Below, in pieces: positions 36,966 to 62,408 of a stretch of 64,000 nt of DNA. The DNA comes from the human T2T-CHM13v2.0 reference genome, Homo sapiens. Below the pieces are notes generated by a model that was not told the origin of the DNA, made no database searches, and worked only from the letters and a program-made list of their open reading frames with translations. Location of the stretch: NCBI RefSeq assembly GCF_009914755.1, contig NC_060928.1, one strand, 5' to 3'. Numbering within the stretch: position 1 is the stretch's first letter; the number at the start of each line of letters is the position of its first letter. The translations under genes and the position numbers were made by a program.

Positions 36966-37324
<359 letters not shown>

Positions 37325-37641
37325 CTGTTTTTATTTTTTTCGTTTTTAATTGTTTTCTTAGTCCAGGTTCCAGGCTTATTGTTTTTATTTTTTAAAGATG
37401 AAAACAGTGAAAGTATGGCTCAAAACAGTTTCAGGAAGTCAAGTTAACAAAGCCATTAAAACTTTTTCTAATCTTTTCCTTTGTTCTGTTTTGGTTTATT
37501 TGTCGATTAAAAAGTAACTTACTGATGTGACATTTTGTTACTGTAAATAAGTTCATATTTTTCAAACACTAAATTCTTCCATGGTGTTTGCTGCTAGATA
37601 TGAGCTAGTTGTCTATTCCTGCACTGCTATTTGCCTCAGTG

Positions 37642-38350
<709 letters not shown>

Positions 38351-39166
38351 ATACCAATAAGACACTGTTCAGTGTTTCCAAGAGCTTGCATACATCAAGG
38401 GAGAATAAGAAGTAATTATAGAAGACACAAATAACAAGGTATTTACGCATGTTACCAAGCACAGGTTGTTCATTTTAAAATGACTAAGCTCTAGCTTCAG
38501 AGTGGGCACTTTGCCCCCAACCTCTTTCTACTAAGCAATCTCAGCCACCTTGCTGTGGAGCTCTCAATAGCTGTTCTAATTCTTGTCTTGTCTCCTAGAC
38601 TCAACATTTTTCTGTTTTCAAACGTCATTGCCAAGAAGCCCTCAATTTCAAATGAGTCACTGACCCAGTAAATTACCTAATGCGTCTACAGCTCCACCCA
38701 CCTTCGCAGTCTCAGAATGCTCAAGTGGAAAACGTTGCTTGGGGCAGGTGACTCCTTAGGACTTGGAAATGAGGGAAATGTGGTTGCTTCCACCATAAAA
38801 TCGGAAATTCCAAGGGGGCACAATAGAGATGTGCCAATCTGGGGAAAGACTCTTAGGCTGGTTAAAGGCCCTAATAACCTAATAGAAGATGTTGGCTTAT
38901 CTAAATTATGTGTCACTGTAATATGGGGGTTGGTTGGCAAAAAAGGACCAAAATAGTAGAGTCTGAAAGGCTGGGGCTGGTGGTGCCCTTGTGGACAGGG
39001 TGCAGGGGCTTCACTGGCAGGTGTACCCACCAACTATAGAAATGAAGAAATTGGGCAGTTAGAGCCATATGTTACTAAACATTCAAATGATAACTTCCCT
39101 TTCTCTGAATCTATGCTCATCAAGAAATATTATGTGATTGACTTTCCAAATCTTCAGGGAAAATAA

Positions 39167-39590
<424 letters not shown>

Positions 39591-39714
39591 CGCGTTTCAT
39601 TTTCTAAGTCCCAAAAAGCTGTGGGCTGCATTAGGAATTCGTTTGATCATTCATTCATTCAATTGAATATTTTCAGAAACTTGTTACAGCCCAACCGCTG
39701 TGCTTAGGAGTATA

Positions 39715-40095
39715 GCACTGAGCAGAACAGACTGACCCTGACAACCGATTGCTCTAACCTGTCTTCCCTTTCCTCCTTGGGCTTCACTTTCCCAGTGAGA
39801 CTTTCTCTGTTACCTTGCCTCTATCACCTCCAATCTGGGGCACAGCAACACGCTATTCTGCTTTGAACTCAAGCCCAAGCCTGGCCAAAACTGTCTTTCT
39901 TTGGCTCCCCTGAGCATTTGTTGCCTTCACTCATTTGGCCAAGTTAACGCAGCATCTTTGCTGGGTCCTCTCCTGGGTCCTGAGCAGCAAGGATGAATGA
40001 AACAGACAAAATTCTTCCCCTAAAGGAGCTGTCCCTTTAGTGGGAGAAGGCAGAATAAACACATACACAGGAAAGAGAGCTACTGTTAGTCCTTA
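39715..40095 (+). repeat. Local duplication, copy 2
   Basis: Shares e.g. cccaagcctggccaaaact, ttggctcccctgagcatt and cctaaaggagctgtccctttagtgggagaag with copy 1. Confidence 0.9.
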
Positions 40096-40116
40096 TTAGA
40101 TAGTCACAATATTTGA

Positions 40117-40504
<388 letters not shown>

Positions 40505-41186
40505 TGAAGGAAGGAAAAGGTGGGGTCTAGAAGAAACAGCTGGGTTCAGGAAGGCTTTCTGGAGTAAACAGTATCTAAACAGCAACCTGCTTTAGGAGTC
40601 TGCCCAGTGAATAGGGTAGAAAGAAGAGAAGAGAATGGAGGAAATGAGGGAAGGAGGAGAGCAGGGTGAGATGAAAGCATCCCAGAGAAGTCCAGGCAGG
40701 CAGGCACCTAAGTGCTAGGGAAAGTGAGACAGAGGGCAGGCGAGGGGCCTTGCGGCCAAGGTTCTAGAAGTTTGGGCTCTATTCTCAGAGCAGTCCAGAG
40801 CCACTGCACAGCTTAGCGTGAACTAGCATGATCAGATTTGCATCTGGGACAAATCTCTGGCTGTGCAGCTGCTGAATTAGGGAGGAGTGGAGGGCCGGCA
40901 TGGGCAGAGAGGCAGGTGTGATCTGTGTGAGCGACGATGGTGGCCCTAGGCAGAAACAGGGATTGAGAGAGAGGTGAAAGAATTTGAAAGACGTTTCAGA
41001 GGCGGAACTGAGAGGACTTGTGGATGGATCAGTATGGATAAGTATGGATGGGTGTGAGGGAGATGGAAGAATGCAGGAAGATTTCTGGGCTGCTGCCTCA
41101 GGCCACTGAGTGGGTGGAAAGGGAACGTCCTGACTTGGATCCTGGTCTTCTATTTAGACTTTTCTTGAGCATACACAAAAGGAGAG

Positions 41187-41342
41187 GCTGGACACAGCGG
41201 CTCACGCCTATAATCCCGGCACTTTGGGAGGCTGAGGCAGGTGGATGCTTGAGCCCAGGAGTTAGAGGCTGCTGTGATCATGCCACTGCATTCTATCTAG
41301 CCTGGGCGACAGAGCAAGACCCTGTCCCTTTAAAAAGAAAAA
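41187..41342 (+). mobile_element. Alu monomer (FRAM/FAM-like)
   Basis: Single monomer; AAAAGGAGAG on both sides. Confidence 0.8.
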
Positions 41343-41721
41343 GGAGAGAGATGTGCTTATATGAAGAGAAAGGTCATCTCCCACAAGAGTACACAGAGCA
41401 AAGAGAAAAGCTGAAGATGGAAATGACCGGCACATTTTAGGACTCTCCTAAACTTCGTCAGTGAAGAAACTGCTATACTATTTCGAATGGAACACCTGGA
41501 GAAAGATCACCAGCTGCTTCCCCACCACCAGCTCCTCAGGACTCCAGGAGACAGAAACCTAATAGCAAGAGATCAAATAATAAACATTGGTGCAATTAAA
41601 ATATTTTCTTTCATTTCTGTCTTTGTTTCTCTTTATATTCATATTCCTCCCAGAATGGTTGTCTTCAAAATTCATTATCTTCCTTCTTTGTTATTTCATT
41701 GAATTTCTTACTGTATCAGCC

Positions 41722-42542
41722 TGTATTAGTCAGGGTTCTCCAGAGAAACAGAGCCTGTAGGAGATATACAGGTATATAAGAGGAGACCTATCATGGGAAA
41801 TTACTTACATGATTATGGAGGTCAAAAAGTTAAACAGGCCAGGCGCGGTGGCTTACGTCTGTAATCCCAGCACTTTGAGAGGCCGGCGGGGGGGTGGATC
41901 ATCTGGGGTCAGGAGTTCGAGACCAGCCTGACCAACATGGTGAAACCCTGTCTCTACTAAAAATACAAAAATTAGGTGGGCGTGGTGGCAGGCACCTGTA
42001 ATCCCAGCTACTCAGGAGGCTGAGGCAGGAGAATCGCTTGAACCCGGGAGGTGGAGGTCGCAGTGAGCCATCACACCATTGCATGCCAGCCTGGGCGACA
42101 AGAGCAAAACTCCGTCTCAAAAAAAAAAAAAAAAAAAAAAGTTTGATAATCTGCTGTCTGTAAACTGGAGACCAGGAAAGCCCGTGGTGTAATTCCCAGT
42201 TTGAGGCCAAAGGCGTGAGAACCAGAGGGCCACTGGTGTAAGTCCGAAAGCCCAGGAATGATGAGCTCCAATATCCAAGAGAAGGAGAAGATGGATGTTC
42301 CAGCTCCAGGAAAGAGAGAATTCACCCTTCCTCTGCCTTTTGTTCCATTCAGGCTCCCAGCAGATGGGATGATGCCCACCTCTGTTAGCGAGCGGGATCT
42401 TCTTTACTCAGTCCACCAATTCAAATGCCAACCTCTTTGCAGAAGAGAAATGTCCTCGCAGACACACCCAGAAACAAGATTTCACTAGCTACCTGGGCAT
42501 CCATTACCCTAGACCAGTCAACACATGAAATTAACCGTCACG
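41722..42542 (-). mobile_element. MLT2-family solo LTR interrupted by AluSq/Sp(+) at 41837-42140
   Basis: TGTATTAGTCAGGGTTCTCCAGAGAAACAG...aaattaaccgtcac; perfect 5-bp TSD CAGCC. Confidence 0.9.
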
Positions 42543-42640
42543 CAGCCTTCGGTTGGTCTCACACAGTCCGTTACAAGACTACATGGATACTTTGCTTTTG
42601 GGCACTCAAGCTCTTGAGTTTATCTAACATTCTGAACTTG

Positions 42641-42938
<298 letters not shown>

Positions 42939-43639
42939 ATTATGAGTCTGATTTTGAATACTGTCTATCTCCTTAATTGCCCATGAAGTATTGGGCAATT
43001 AATACTCCCTTATTCCCCATGAATTATTGAATTCTGCACACTTTTAGCTAACCCTTCCAGCAGCCCACCTTGCAAAGGCCGCTATGTTAATGCTGCAGTT
43101 TTTTCTGTGTACCCTTATCAGCATTCCAAATACTCGTACTAGATATTAGTATTTTGGAGGGGGTGGGTTCATGGATTAACTGGCTTCAGCCAGTCTAGTA
43201 CATTTTAATTGTAAAGAAAAAAATAATTAGATTCAGTTATGTTAACTTTTCTCTTGGATTTGAATTCGATGTTCAAGGATGATGAAAGGAAAATATAGAT
43301 GATAAAATATATGTAGGAAAATTATCATGATGTCCATATTAAAAGTAACCATCAAGAAAGATTCTGGAATTATTTAATAAGCTTTTGGCAGTCTTTCCAT
43401 TAGGCCTGTGAAAAGAGGCGTTTATAAATGAATAATCACCAATCTTCAATGGACTCCCAGCTCTGCCTGGAAGTCTTAATATATTTCTCTGGTTCACTCC
43501 CTTTCTTTCTCTATTGGACAACAGTTCTGAAACTTTCCTGCTTTCCTCAAACCTCTAATCCTTTTACCTCCCTTCTCACCCTTAGCTTCTTAGGGTAAAA
43601 TGAAGCCAACAGCCAAGAACTCTCTCGATTTCTTTTAAA

Positions 43640-43677
43640 TTAATGGCAAAAATCTCAATTACTTTTGCACCAACCTG
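43640..43677. mobile_element. MADE1 (mariner MITE) half element
   Basis: TTAATGGCAAAAATCTCAATTACTTTTGCACCAACCT matches the Hsmar1/MADE1 TIR. Confidence 0.8.
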
Positions 43678-44139
43678 GCACTTGCACCTAGTCTCTCTGT
43701 GCTTTCTGTTACATTAGGAGATGTTCTTTCTTCCTGACCTGTGGGAGGTCTTCCTGACCGCTTTTGCAGTTATCTCTTCGCTCCTCTGTGGCTTCAAACT
43801 ATCCCTTTCAACTGATTCTTTCCATGGCATCCTCATGTCCCTCTCATCTTAAACCTAACAAAACCAAAAACTATGCCATGATTTGCACTCCCTCCAGCAA
43901 CCTCCACCTTTCTCTTCTCTCCTTTATGACTAAATTTAGTGAAAGCTGTGTATAGATTTATGATTTTTATCTCCTCACTTCTCATTGCCCAATCCACTCC
44001 CATCACACCAGTGTAGTTTACGGCGGGATCTCCAGTGCTCTCAACATCATTCCACACTCACTTTACCTAATCTCTAAACAGCATTTAGCACATCATCAAC
44101 TTATTTTCCTTCTTGAGACATTCATCCTTTTACCATTAA

Positions 44140-44765
<626 letters not shown>

Positions 44766-45404
44766 ATATTTAATACAAAGACAAAGTTGCTCAAGCTCAA
44801 CATGTTCAGGATTGAATTTGTTGTCTTCTAGCTAAAAACTGGTCCACTTCGATGGTTCCCTGTCTCAGGGAATGGAACCACCATGCAGGTCACAAGCAGG
44901 ACCCTCGGTGTTGTCTCCAACTATTGCCTGTCTTCACCTTCCACACTCAGTACAACACAATTCTACTGCTTTAACCTCCTAAATAGGTCTTAAATTTTTC
45001 TCCACGTTCACACTCTAGTCTAAACAACTTCTAAGGATCTTCAGTGAAACCAGGTAGCCCTTGGATTTTTTGAGGTCCCCCTCCCTTCTACCCTCATATT
45101 TAACTAGTACCAGTGGTGATGGATTTCCATAGGATCTAATAATGAACCGTGGGATAACAATAAAATGATTACCTAATACATTGTGAGCCAAATAAAAATT
45201 TGTAAACCTACAGTATCTAAATTCTTACATTATTTGTGGTTGGTTTCTACTTAAATTGTATTCTGGATGAGGCTGACATTTGAAAAAAAATTCGGTGTGC
45301 AATTGACAACAATTAATTATTTAACGGCAAGTGATGAGGATCGTAAAAGATTAAAATAGCCTGAAAATAGTACACAGAGCAGATATTTTAAAAGGGCATG
45401 CACG

Positions 45405-45750
<346 letters not shown>

Positions 45751-46042
45751 TTACATAAATTCAATTTAAAGCTAAGAGAAAAATAAATACTAAATAAAAA
45801 ACATTTCAGAGGAAAACCTCTCATGAAGCCAGGTCGAATGAGAAAGTCTGTTTATTCAAAGGTTCCTCATCAAGCGACACGCTCACCCTCTACAAGGAGC
45901 ACACACACATGGTCTTTTCATATCTCAAAGTGCTCTCCTGGAGAGAGGCCACCAAAGGTATAGGAGGAGTTTCAACATGACAAAACTCTCTCTTCCAGAA
46001 GTACAGCCTGAGCTCTTCACTCTCACAAACAGCGGCCACTCA

Positions 46043-46059
46043 TGAGTCACCATGGCAAC
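46043..46059. promoter_or_regulatory. Overlapping AP-1 and RFX X-box motifs
   Basis: TGAGTCA 46043-46049 and GTCACCATGGCAAC 46046-46059. Confidence 0.4.
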
Positions 46060-46666
46060 AGCCTCTGTAATGGTTAGTGCATGCCTCTTAGAAAACGATG
46101 TCGCTCAAGGTCAAAGTCTGCATTTGTGAAAAAGTCTCACTGTGTTCCCCTGCACAGACTTGTCATTGAACAGCAGCCAAAACTTGAGGCTCCTCAACCT
46201 TGAGGCTGTCGGCCAAGTGGCCCTGCTAGCTTCCCTCCCCTGAGTCCTGCCAGCACTTCCTGTTTCTGTTCCTCCTACCTTGGAACACCTGGGTTCCTCC
46301 CTTTCCTGGAAAGCATGCTGCTGGGGACAGAGTTGGGATGCATAGCCGAGAAACTCTTCCACTTAGTCTATACATCATTGAGCATGCAGTGCTGGGGGCT
46401 CCTGCTGTAAGCCTCCGTTGTGAACAAAGTCTTGGGAGGAGCCCTGCTTCCCCGGGACGGGAGCAAACCTACCAAGCATGAGCTGATGAGAAGCCACCTC
46501 CTGGGCGTTCTTCCAGGTCATCTCCTATGGCCGGGGTCTCTAAACGTGTTTGACTGCACATCCCTATCAGCACAAAATTTTTGAGTATGTACTCCCAATA
46601 TATTTACTTATAAATTATATATAATTATATGCTGAAATCTATATACTACATTTTTGTAAAGCTTAA

Positions 46667-46965
<299 letters not shown>

Positions 46966-47880
46966 CAATACTTTCCTTTCTTTTCTGGTAAATTAGTACA
47001 TCTCGTATATTCTTCCCACCTTCAACAGACTGCTTTGCACACCTCATGGGTTGCTCACATTGCACTTTGAGGATCTTTGCTATTTACTTTCACAAGGCTC
47101 AATGTTCTAAAATAGTTCTAAAATACAGATCTCTCCCTGCTTATAACTCTTCAGTGGCACCTCATTGCTCTCAGGATAAAGTTTAGACTCTTTAACATGG
47201 ACTTCCTGTGGGTTGAAAATCAGTCTGACTCTGATCTCACCACTTTACCAGCCCACAGTTTAAAACTCTAGTACTTGCATTCTTTCTAGGTCATACGTTT
47301 TCTCCCATCCAAGACTTTGCACAGACTATAGAAATCCTTTCTCCCCACACAGTCTTTCCCCCTGACTCTTATTTTTAGGAAATTCCCTGGAATTCTTCCT
47401 CTACCTCCTACCTCATTAGGATGAAGACCCCACCATGTTTCTCCAACACAGCAGGCTTTATTCTTTATGCAATACACATTATAGTCTATTGCAATTGTAA
47501 ATTTAGTATTGAGCTTGCTAAAGGTTGGGATGGCTTTTTAAATTAAATGGCCTGGGTTTAGCGAGGTTAAAAAGGTGAAGAATTTCCTGATTTGAGATGG
47601 CATGCCACACAGCCCAGAGCTTGTGTCTCTTTCCTTACCAAGGAGATACCAGCTCTGGTTCTGGGAAATGAGCAGAATGGGGTGTTCCTCTCCTTCTCCC
47701 TGTCTTCTTTCTTCCCATGGTATCTAGGCCAGATCGTGGTCTAGTGGCAGAGTTTTTTGGATTTGCTGGTATGATTCATGGTAAGAAATGAATTTTATAA
47801 CAGACTCAGTACACACATAGACATATACACATGCAGGTGCGCACACACACACATACATATACACACACATACGTTACACA

Positions 47881-48301
47881 TGTATTAGTGTGTTCTCACA
47901 TTGCCATAAAGAGATACCTGATACTGGGTAATTTATAAAGGAAAGAGGTTTAATTGGCTCACCGTTCTACAGGCTGTACAGGAAGCATAGCAGCTTCAGC
48001 TTTTGGGGAGGCCTCAGGAAACTTACAATCATAGTGGAAGGCAAATGGGGGAGCAGGAACATCTTACATGGCTGGAGAAGGAGGAAGAGGGAGAGGGAGG
48101 AGGTACTACACACTTTTAAACAACCAGATCTCACGATAACTCACTCACTCACTGTTGCCATGACAGCACCAAGGGGGATGGTGTTAAGCCAGGAGAAGCC
48201 ACCCCCATGATCTCATCACTTCCCACCTGGCCCCACCTACAACACTGGGGATTACAATTCGACATAAGATTTGGGTGGAGACACAGATCCAAACCATATC
48301 A
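47881..48301 (-). mobile_element. MSTA/MSTB MaLR solo LTR, full length
   Basis: TGTATTAG...atccaaaccatatCA; TSD ACACA/ATACA. Confidence 0.9.
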
Positions 48302-48920
48302 ATACATATGTATGCACACATCATTTGTTTACTATTGTCTCAAGTACGCTTACCTATTTACCTTATTTACAGTTGCAACTCACCCCTACCACTCTTGAAC
48401 CTCCTTATATTGCCCTGTTTTTCCTTTTCCCATTGAACCTTTGAGTATACTAAATTCTTGATTTTACTACGTTTATTTTTATGGTCTGGATCCCTCCGCT
48501 AGACTGTTAGCTCCGGAGAACAGGGGTCTTTGTTTTCTTCATTCATGTGTCAAGTTCCCCAAACAGTTCCTGGCACATCATAGGCCCCCAAAGACTATTT
48601 GTTGTACAAATGAATCAGTGAATTGAAATAAATGTTTTATGAAATCTATGCTTACTACGTGGAATACATACACATATTTTCTCATCTCATCTATTAAAAA
48701 AAAAAAAGCTGGCCAAGATCTACTAATGGGTCAAAACCTGCAGTTTAATAAGCACTGGCTTAGGTATTAAGACCCATGTCAGGGGGCCCTGATGTGGCTG
48801 GTGGGAAGATACCTTGTGGGCCAGGAGCCTTCCCAATTGATGCTGCAGAACTTAGCAGTAGAGTCTGGGTGTGAGGGAGGTCAGGAGGAACTGCTGTAGA
48901 AAAGTGTATCCAACAAAGGT

Positions 48921-49682
<762 letters not shown>

Positions 49683-49956
49683 AATTTTAAAAAGGGTTTA
49701 TTCTTATATAATTTTAGGTTTAACTTAATTGGCACACATACTTTCTTAACCTCAACTTGGAACTGCAGGGTCTTTTCATACTGTCAGGCAATGGTCTAGT
49801 GAGAGTTCCTGCAAGAGAGGTAGATGTCTCTTCCTGAATCACAGTGAGCAAATTTCCAGTCATGTGAGTACATTCTATAAAACATACTTGTAGGAGAATA
49901 GTGGTGTACGCACAGTGGTGCTGATGTGGTGGGGGGGCAGTGGAAGGTGGGGGTTA

Positions 49957-50277
<321 letters not shown>

Positions 50278-50671
50278 TCAGGCAGAGCTTGGTTCTCACC
50301 CAGAGTTTAGACTCTGAAAATGTTATTAAATGGCAAAACTTGCAGAATAGCTTTGGTCTGGTTCTCTTAATAATTCCCTAACTACTAATAATTCTTTTTT
50401 CCCCTTAGACTTATAAATTACATATCCACCATGACCCACATTTCTAAGCCTGTATGAACAAGTTTCATCATTCATGTGAGCAGAAGGCTTAGCTCACATT
50501 GGGAGCTAATGCTGACCAGAGTTCCCCACTCCACCGCACCCTCCGCAAGGCAGAACTGAACATGTAAGATATTAGCACTGCATATTTTCCCCGATAATAA
50601 AAATATTGACTTTATACTTGTATATTGCTGAAGGTTTTCTTGTCCACTATTCTACCATCAATCATTTAGTA

Positions 50672-50983
50672 CTGCACTGTCCTATACAGTAGCCAGGAGC
50701 CACATATGACTGTTGAGTACCTGTAATGTGACCAGTCCAAGTTCACATGTGCTGAAAGTATAAAATACGCTCCAGATTGTGAAGACTTAGAATAAAGAAA
50801 GTAAAATAGTTCATTAATAATGTTTATATTAACTGTATGTAGAGAAACGATACTATTTGGATATAATGGATGAAATAAAACTCTAAAATTAATTTTACTT
50901 AATTTCTTTTTGCTTTTCCAAACACGGCGGCGAAAAGGTTTACCATTTCGTGTGCGGCTCACATATTCCTGTTCGACAGCGTG
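50672..50983. mobile_element. MER33-like hAT-Charlie element
   Basis: ctgtcctatacagtagcc..gccacatatgactgttgagtac..aagtataaaatac..ggctcacatattcctgttcgacagcg. Confidence 0.75.
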
Positions 50984-51653
50984 GACTGGAAGCTGGCCTA
51001 GGGTCTTTTAGCACCAATTCCTTGCCCAGGTATTTCGGTGAGAACACTTGATCACATCCACACCACGTGGGTTCCTCCGTGTAGCTTCACAATCTTGCTG
51101 AAATGTTGTCCAAGTGAGCAACCGTGTGTCTGTAGGATTAGGGCTGATGACTGGCTCCTGATCACAGCCTACCCTGGTGTGGGAAGGTGGCTGCAGAAGG
51201 GGTTACCGGACATGCTACAAGTCCTGCAGCTTCTCACTAGGGGAACGGAATTAAACTCCAGGGCCTGTGCCTGCAGAAGGCCAAGGACGTTCATTCCACT
51301 CCACTGAAATTATAGCTCTAACCTTGAGCAGAAAATGTCATTGTCAGAAGAAATAAGATTAGGGGATCAACAGTGAAAAACATCAACTACAAACTTTTTA
51401 ATGTTAAGATTCCAGGGTTAAAATTCTATTTCCCCATCACCATTTGTCTACATAGCTGGTATTTCCTCGGCCCACACATGACAAGTCTCTTGTGGCTTGA
51501 CTCTGAAAGTTTTTACATACTTTGCCTTCCATTTAGTTAGAGGGGATTTTGTTTCACTTTAATCATTTGGTGACTTGTAGAGTCGTGAGTTCCTGTCATA
51601 ATCAAATTAATGGATTAGTATTATCTCTTCAAAGCAATGCAAAAAATAATGTA

Positions 51654-53145
<1,492 letters not shown>

Positions 53146-53509
53146 TAGAGGGAAATTTCGTGTTTGGACTGTGTGTTTATTTTTCCCCCAAGTCATTTTT
53201 TCTCCTAATGAACCCTATGTATTTAAATTACAGTCTACCAAATAAGGTAGCTTTATTTCTATTTCTAATTTCTCCCTCTGTGATTTCCCAATAAAGATTT
53301 AGTACTTGTCATTTGCATTTTAATTAGGCCCTGTTCCTGGTTGTGGCAGATCAGTTTTGCCTGGAGGTTTGATGCATTCCTTGACTGTGCTCTCTGTTAC
53401 CTGTACTCTGTCATTTTTATTTCCTCTTGTTCTGTCTGTCATGAAGGCATGTGATAGAGAGATAGTGTCCTCAAATGATAAAAAGATAAGTGGCTGTGAT
53501 AGAACTATT

Positions 53510-56698
<3,189 letters not shown>

Positions 56699-56790
56699 TG
56701 AATATTTTGAAAGAAATCTCCGACAACATGTGTCTCGTAAATATTTCAGTGTGCATGTCTAAGTGATAATTAGTAAAGATTTTTTTTTCA

Positions 56791-56897
56791 CATTGGATGG
56801 ATAATGTGGTGTTGATGTAGTAACAAGGTTTGAGGGAGGCTGATCTCACACTTTAACATGAAAACGAAATCATCACACTTATGAACCAAAAAAGAAT
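56791..56897 (-). pseudogene. U13 (SNORD13) box C/D snoRNA retrocopy
   Basis: Reverse complement ATTCTTTTTTGGTTCATAAGTGTGATGATT...GTGTGAGATCAGCCTCCCTCAAACCTTGTTACTAC...CACATTATCCATCCAATG aligns end to end with U13; A tail; TSD (A/G)GTAAAGA(T/C)TTT. Confidence 0.9.
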
Positions 56898-57479
56898 GGT
56901 AAAGACTTTAAAAAACATCATCCCTTTGCTATTTTTCACTTAAGAAAACTAATAACCATTCCTGAATATAATCTAACATTCAGATCGTATGTGAATTGCT
57001 CTACTTCATCTTAAAAATGCCTTTTTACAGATGATTTGTTTGACTCAGGATACAATGAGAATCACAAATTGGCTGCTATATCTCTAAGTCTCTTTTATTC
57101 TATAAGTCTCTTTTCAATATGCTATAGCATGTTAAAGAAAATGGGTCGTTTGTCTGCAGATCCCACAATCCACATTGGCTGATTGTTTCCTTGTGGTATC
57201 ATTTGACTTGTGCTGCAAACCCTTGTATCCCCTGGAAATTGATAGTTGGGCCTAGAGGTCTAAGTGGTAGGCTCAGGCTGAATTTTACAGGCAAGAACCC
57301 TCCATATGAATGCTGCGCAATTTTGTGGCATCACATCATGTGGTACATTATGGCGCATTGTCCCATTTTTAGAAAGGCCGAGATTGATCAGTATGTGCTG
57401 GATGTGCCCCACTGATGCCTCCGCTGGGAACTCCTACAACATCTCATCTCATGTTTTTGGCTTGCATCAGGGAAGAAAA

Positions 57480-57838
<359 letters not shown>

Positions 57839-58472
57839 TGAAGATAGGCAGGGCCAGTATTTTTAGGCACACATCTGCTTAAGAGGTGGCTATGGGAACA
57901 CTCTTGGCTCACGCTTAGGCAGCATCCCTGTCTCCATGGCTTCTCTGGTCATTCACCCATTTGCCTGCCTGTTGGGCTGTGCACTTGTCAGAGAGGGCCA
58001 GTGGCCTGCTACGGTATCCGTAACATTATTCCATTGTAAGTCCTCACCAGAGGTTTTGTGGGAAGCCACATGAGAAACTAGAATTTTCATACTAGAAATT
58101 AAAGACAGTTGGGGGGGAGGGTCTGATAAAATAGCCTTGAAAAAGACTCTTTGGCATGAAATAGTTACTCTATTTTTTTGAGGGTTAAATGTCCTTTCTT
58201 TGATGAAGTCATGTTAATGTAGTTCGTAAATGGCCAAATATAAAGTTGGCCATTTTATTTTACTGATCTGTGAAATAAAAAAGTTTCAGATAACAGGTTA
58301 AGATAATCCTCAATCTAGGAAGTATATGAGAATCTCCGGGTAGCATGCACTTTTAATATTTTTCCAAGAGGACATAGCTTAGGAAAGAAAAAAGATTGGG
58401 AAACGCTGCTCTAAAAGACAATGGAATTAGCATGATGAACATCAATCTATCAGATGATAAAGGTAACTATAA

Positions 58473-59127
<655 letters not shown>

Positions 59128-59129
59128 TC

Positions 59130-60615
<1,486 letters not shown>

Positions 60616-61564
60616 TAAAAAGCAGCCTTTTGAATAAATATCGCCTTAAAGACCTGAAATGTTTCACTCATCTGCCATGTAGCATCTCAAGATTAGAGAT
60701 TTACAAAGTTAGAATTGATTTCGCAGTCATCTGGTCTTTATCTCCTTATTGGCTTTTTCATCCTCTTTCTCCATTTTTAAAATTTTAATTTAAATTAACA
60801 AGACTACCCATTTATTAAGTAACAATGAAAGACAACTCTACCAATGTAACTGGTATGAATAAATCCACTAGAAAGATAAAGTTAGATTAGAATGAATCTA
60901 ATTTGTTAATTCATTTGTTTAATGAATAAAGATTTGGAATAAATGGTGTTGCATAAACCCATTTCCTGAATTAAGAATAGGGAATATAAAATATCCTAAA
61001 GCCTATAGAGAACAGTGAGCTATCATTTTAATTTTATGACAGTTTTAAAACAGAGACGGATGAGAATGAGAGCTGTTGGGCCTGTGGACATAAAGAGACA
61101 GGCAGACAGAAGGAAAGCTAATGTTGTTAGAATTGGTGGCTCCGGTATAAATCGGACAGGAAAACACTCCTTAAGATAGAATCCTTCAGAGTGGAAGGAA
61201 CATGAAACTGTGAAAAGCATCTCTCTGGAATTCCTAGTCAGAGATAATATATGAAGAAAGCAGACTGTCTACTAAAGAACTAGTGACTGATAGCATATGA
61301 CCACAAGTGTTTTAAACTACGGACAGTGAGAGTTTGAAACGCAGAATATCAAATACTATGTCGTGAATTCAAAATGCAGAAGGATTGCATTAGTAAAAGT
61401 ATTCCTGAGGTCATTATTGAAAATTCCAGAAGGTTCAGAGGGAAAAATAAATAGGCAGAAATTTCTACGGAGGCCCTTTCTGATTCAGGCAGAGCTGGTA
61501 GACATGTGACTCTTGCCTGTCATCCAGGGAGGCCAGGACCATAAGATTCAAAGCCACTCTAGAG

Positions 61565-62015
61565 CAGGGGTCCCCAACCGCCGGGCCACACCGAAGCTTC
61601 CTCTGTATTTACAGCTGCTCCCATCACTCGCATGACCGCCTGAGTTCCACCTCCTCAGATCAGCAGCAGCATTAGATTCTCAAGGAAGCGAGAACCTTTT
61701 GTGAACTGCGCATGTGAGGGATCTGGGTTGTGTGCTCTTTAATGAGAATCTAATGCCTGATGATCTGTCACCGTCTCCCATCACCCCCACATGGGACCGT
61801 CTAGTTGCAGGAAAACAAGCTCAGGATTCCCACTGATTCTACATTATGGTGAGTGTATAATTATTTCATTATGTATTATAATAGAAATAAAGTACACAAT
61901 AAATGTAATGTACTTGAATCATCCCGAAACCATCCCCCCAACCCCCAACCCCATTCATGGAGAAATTGTCTTCCACGAAACCAGTGCCTGGTGCCAAAAA
62001 AGTTGGCGACCACTG
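61565..62015. mobile_element. MER1A hAT-Charlie element
   Basis: TIRs CAGGGGTCCCCAAC / GTTGGCGACCACTG; perfect 8-bp TSD CTCTAGAG. Confidence 0.92.
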
Positions 62016-62094
62016 CTCTAGAGAGAGGATAGAAGACACCCAAATCAGCCAAGAGCAACAACAACAACAGAGGAGGATGGCTTTCAACCAAGTT

Positions 62095-62408
<314 letters not shown>

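Noticed and set aside
45050-45400. Possible old hAT-type DNA transposon fragment
   Set aside because: AT-rich and suggestive, but I could not find both termini or a TSD.
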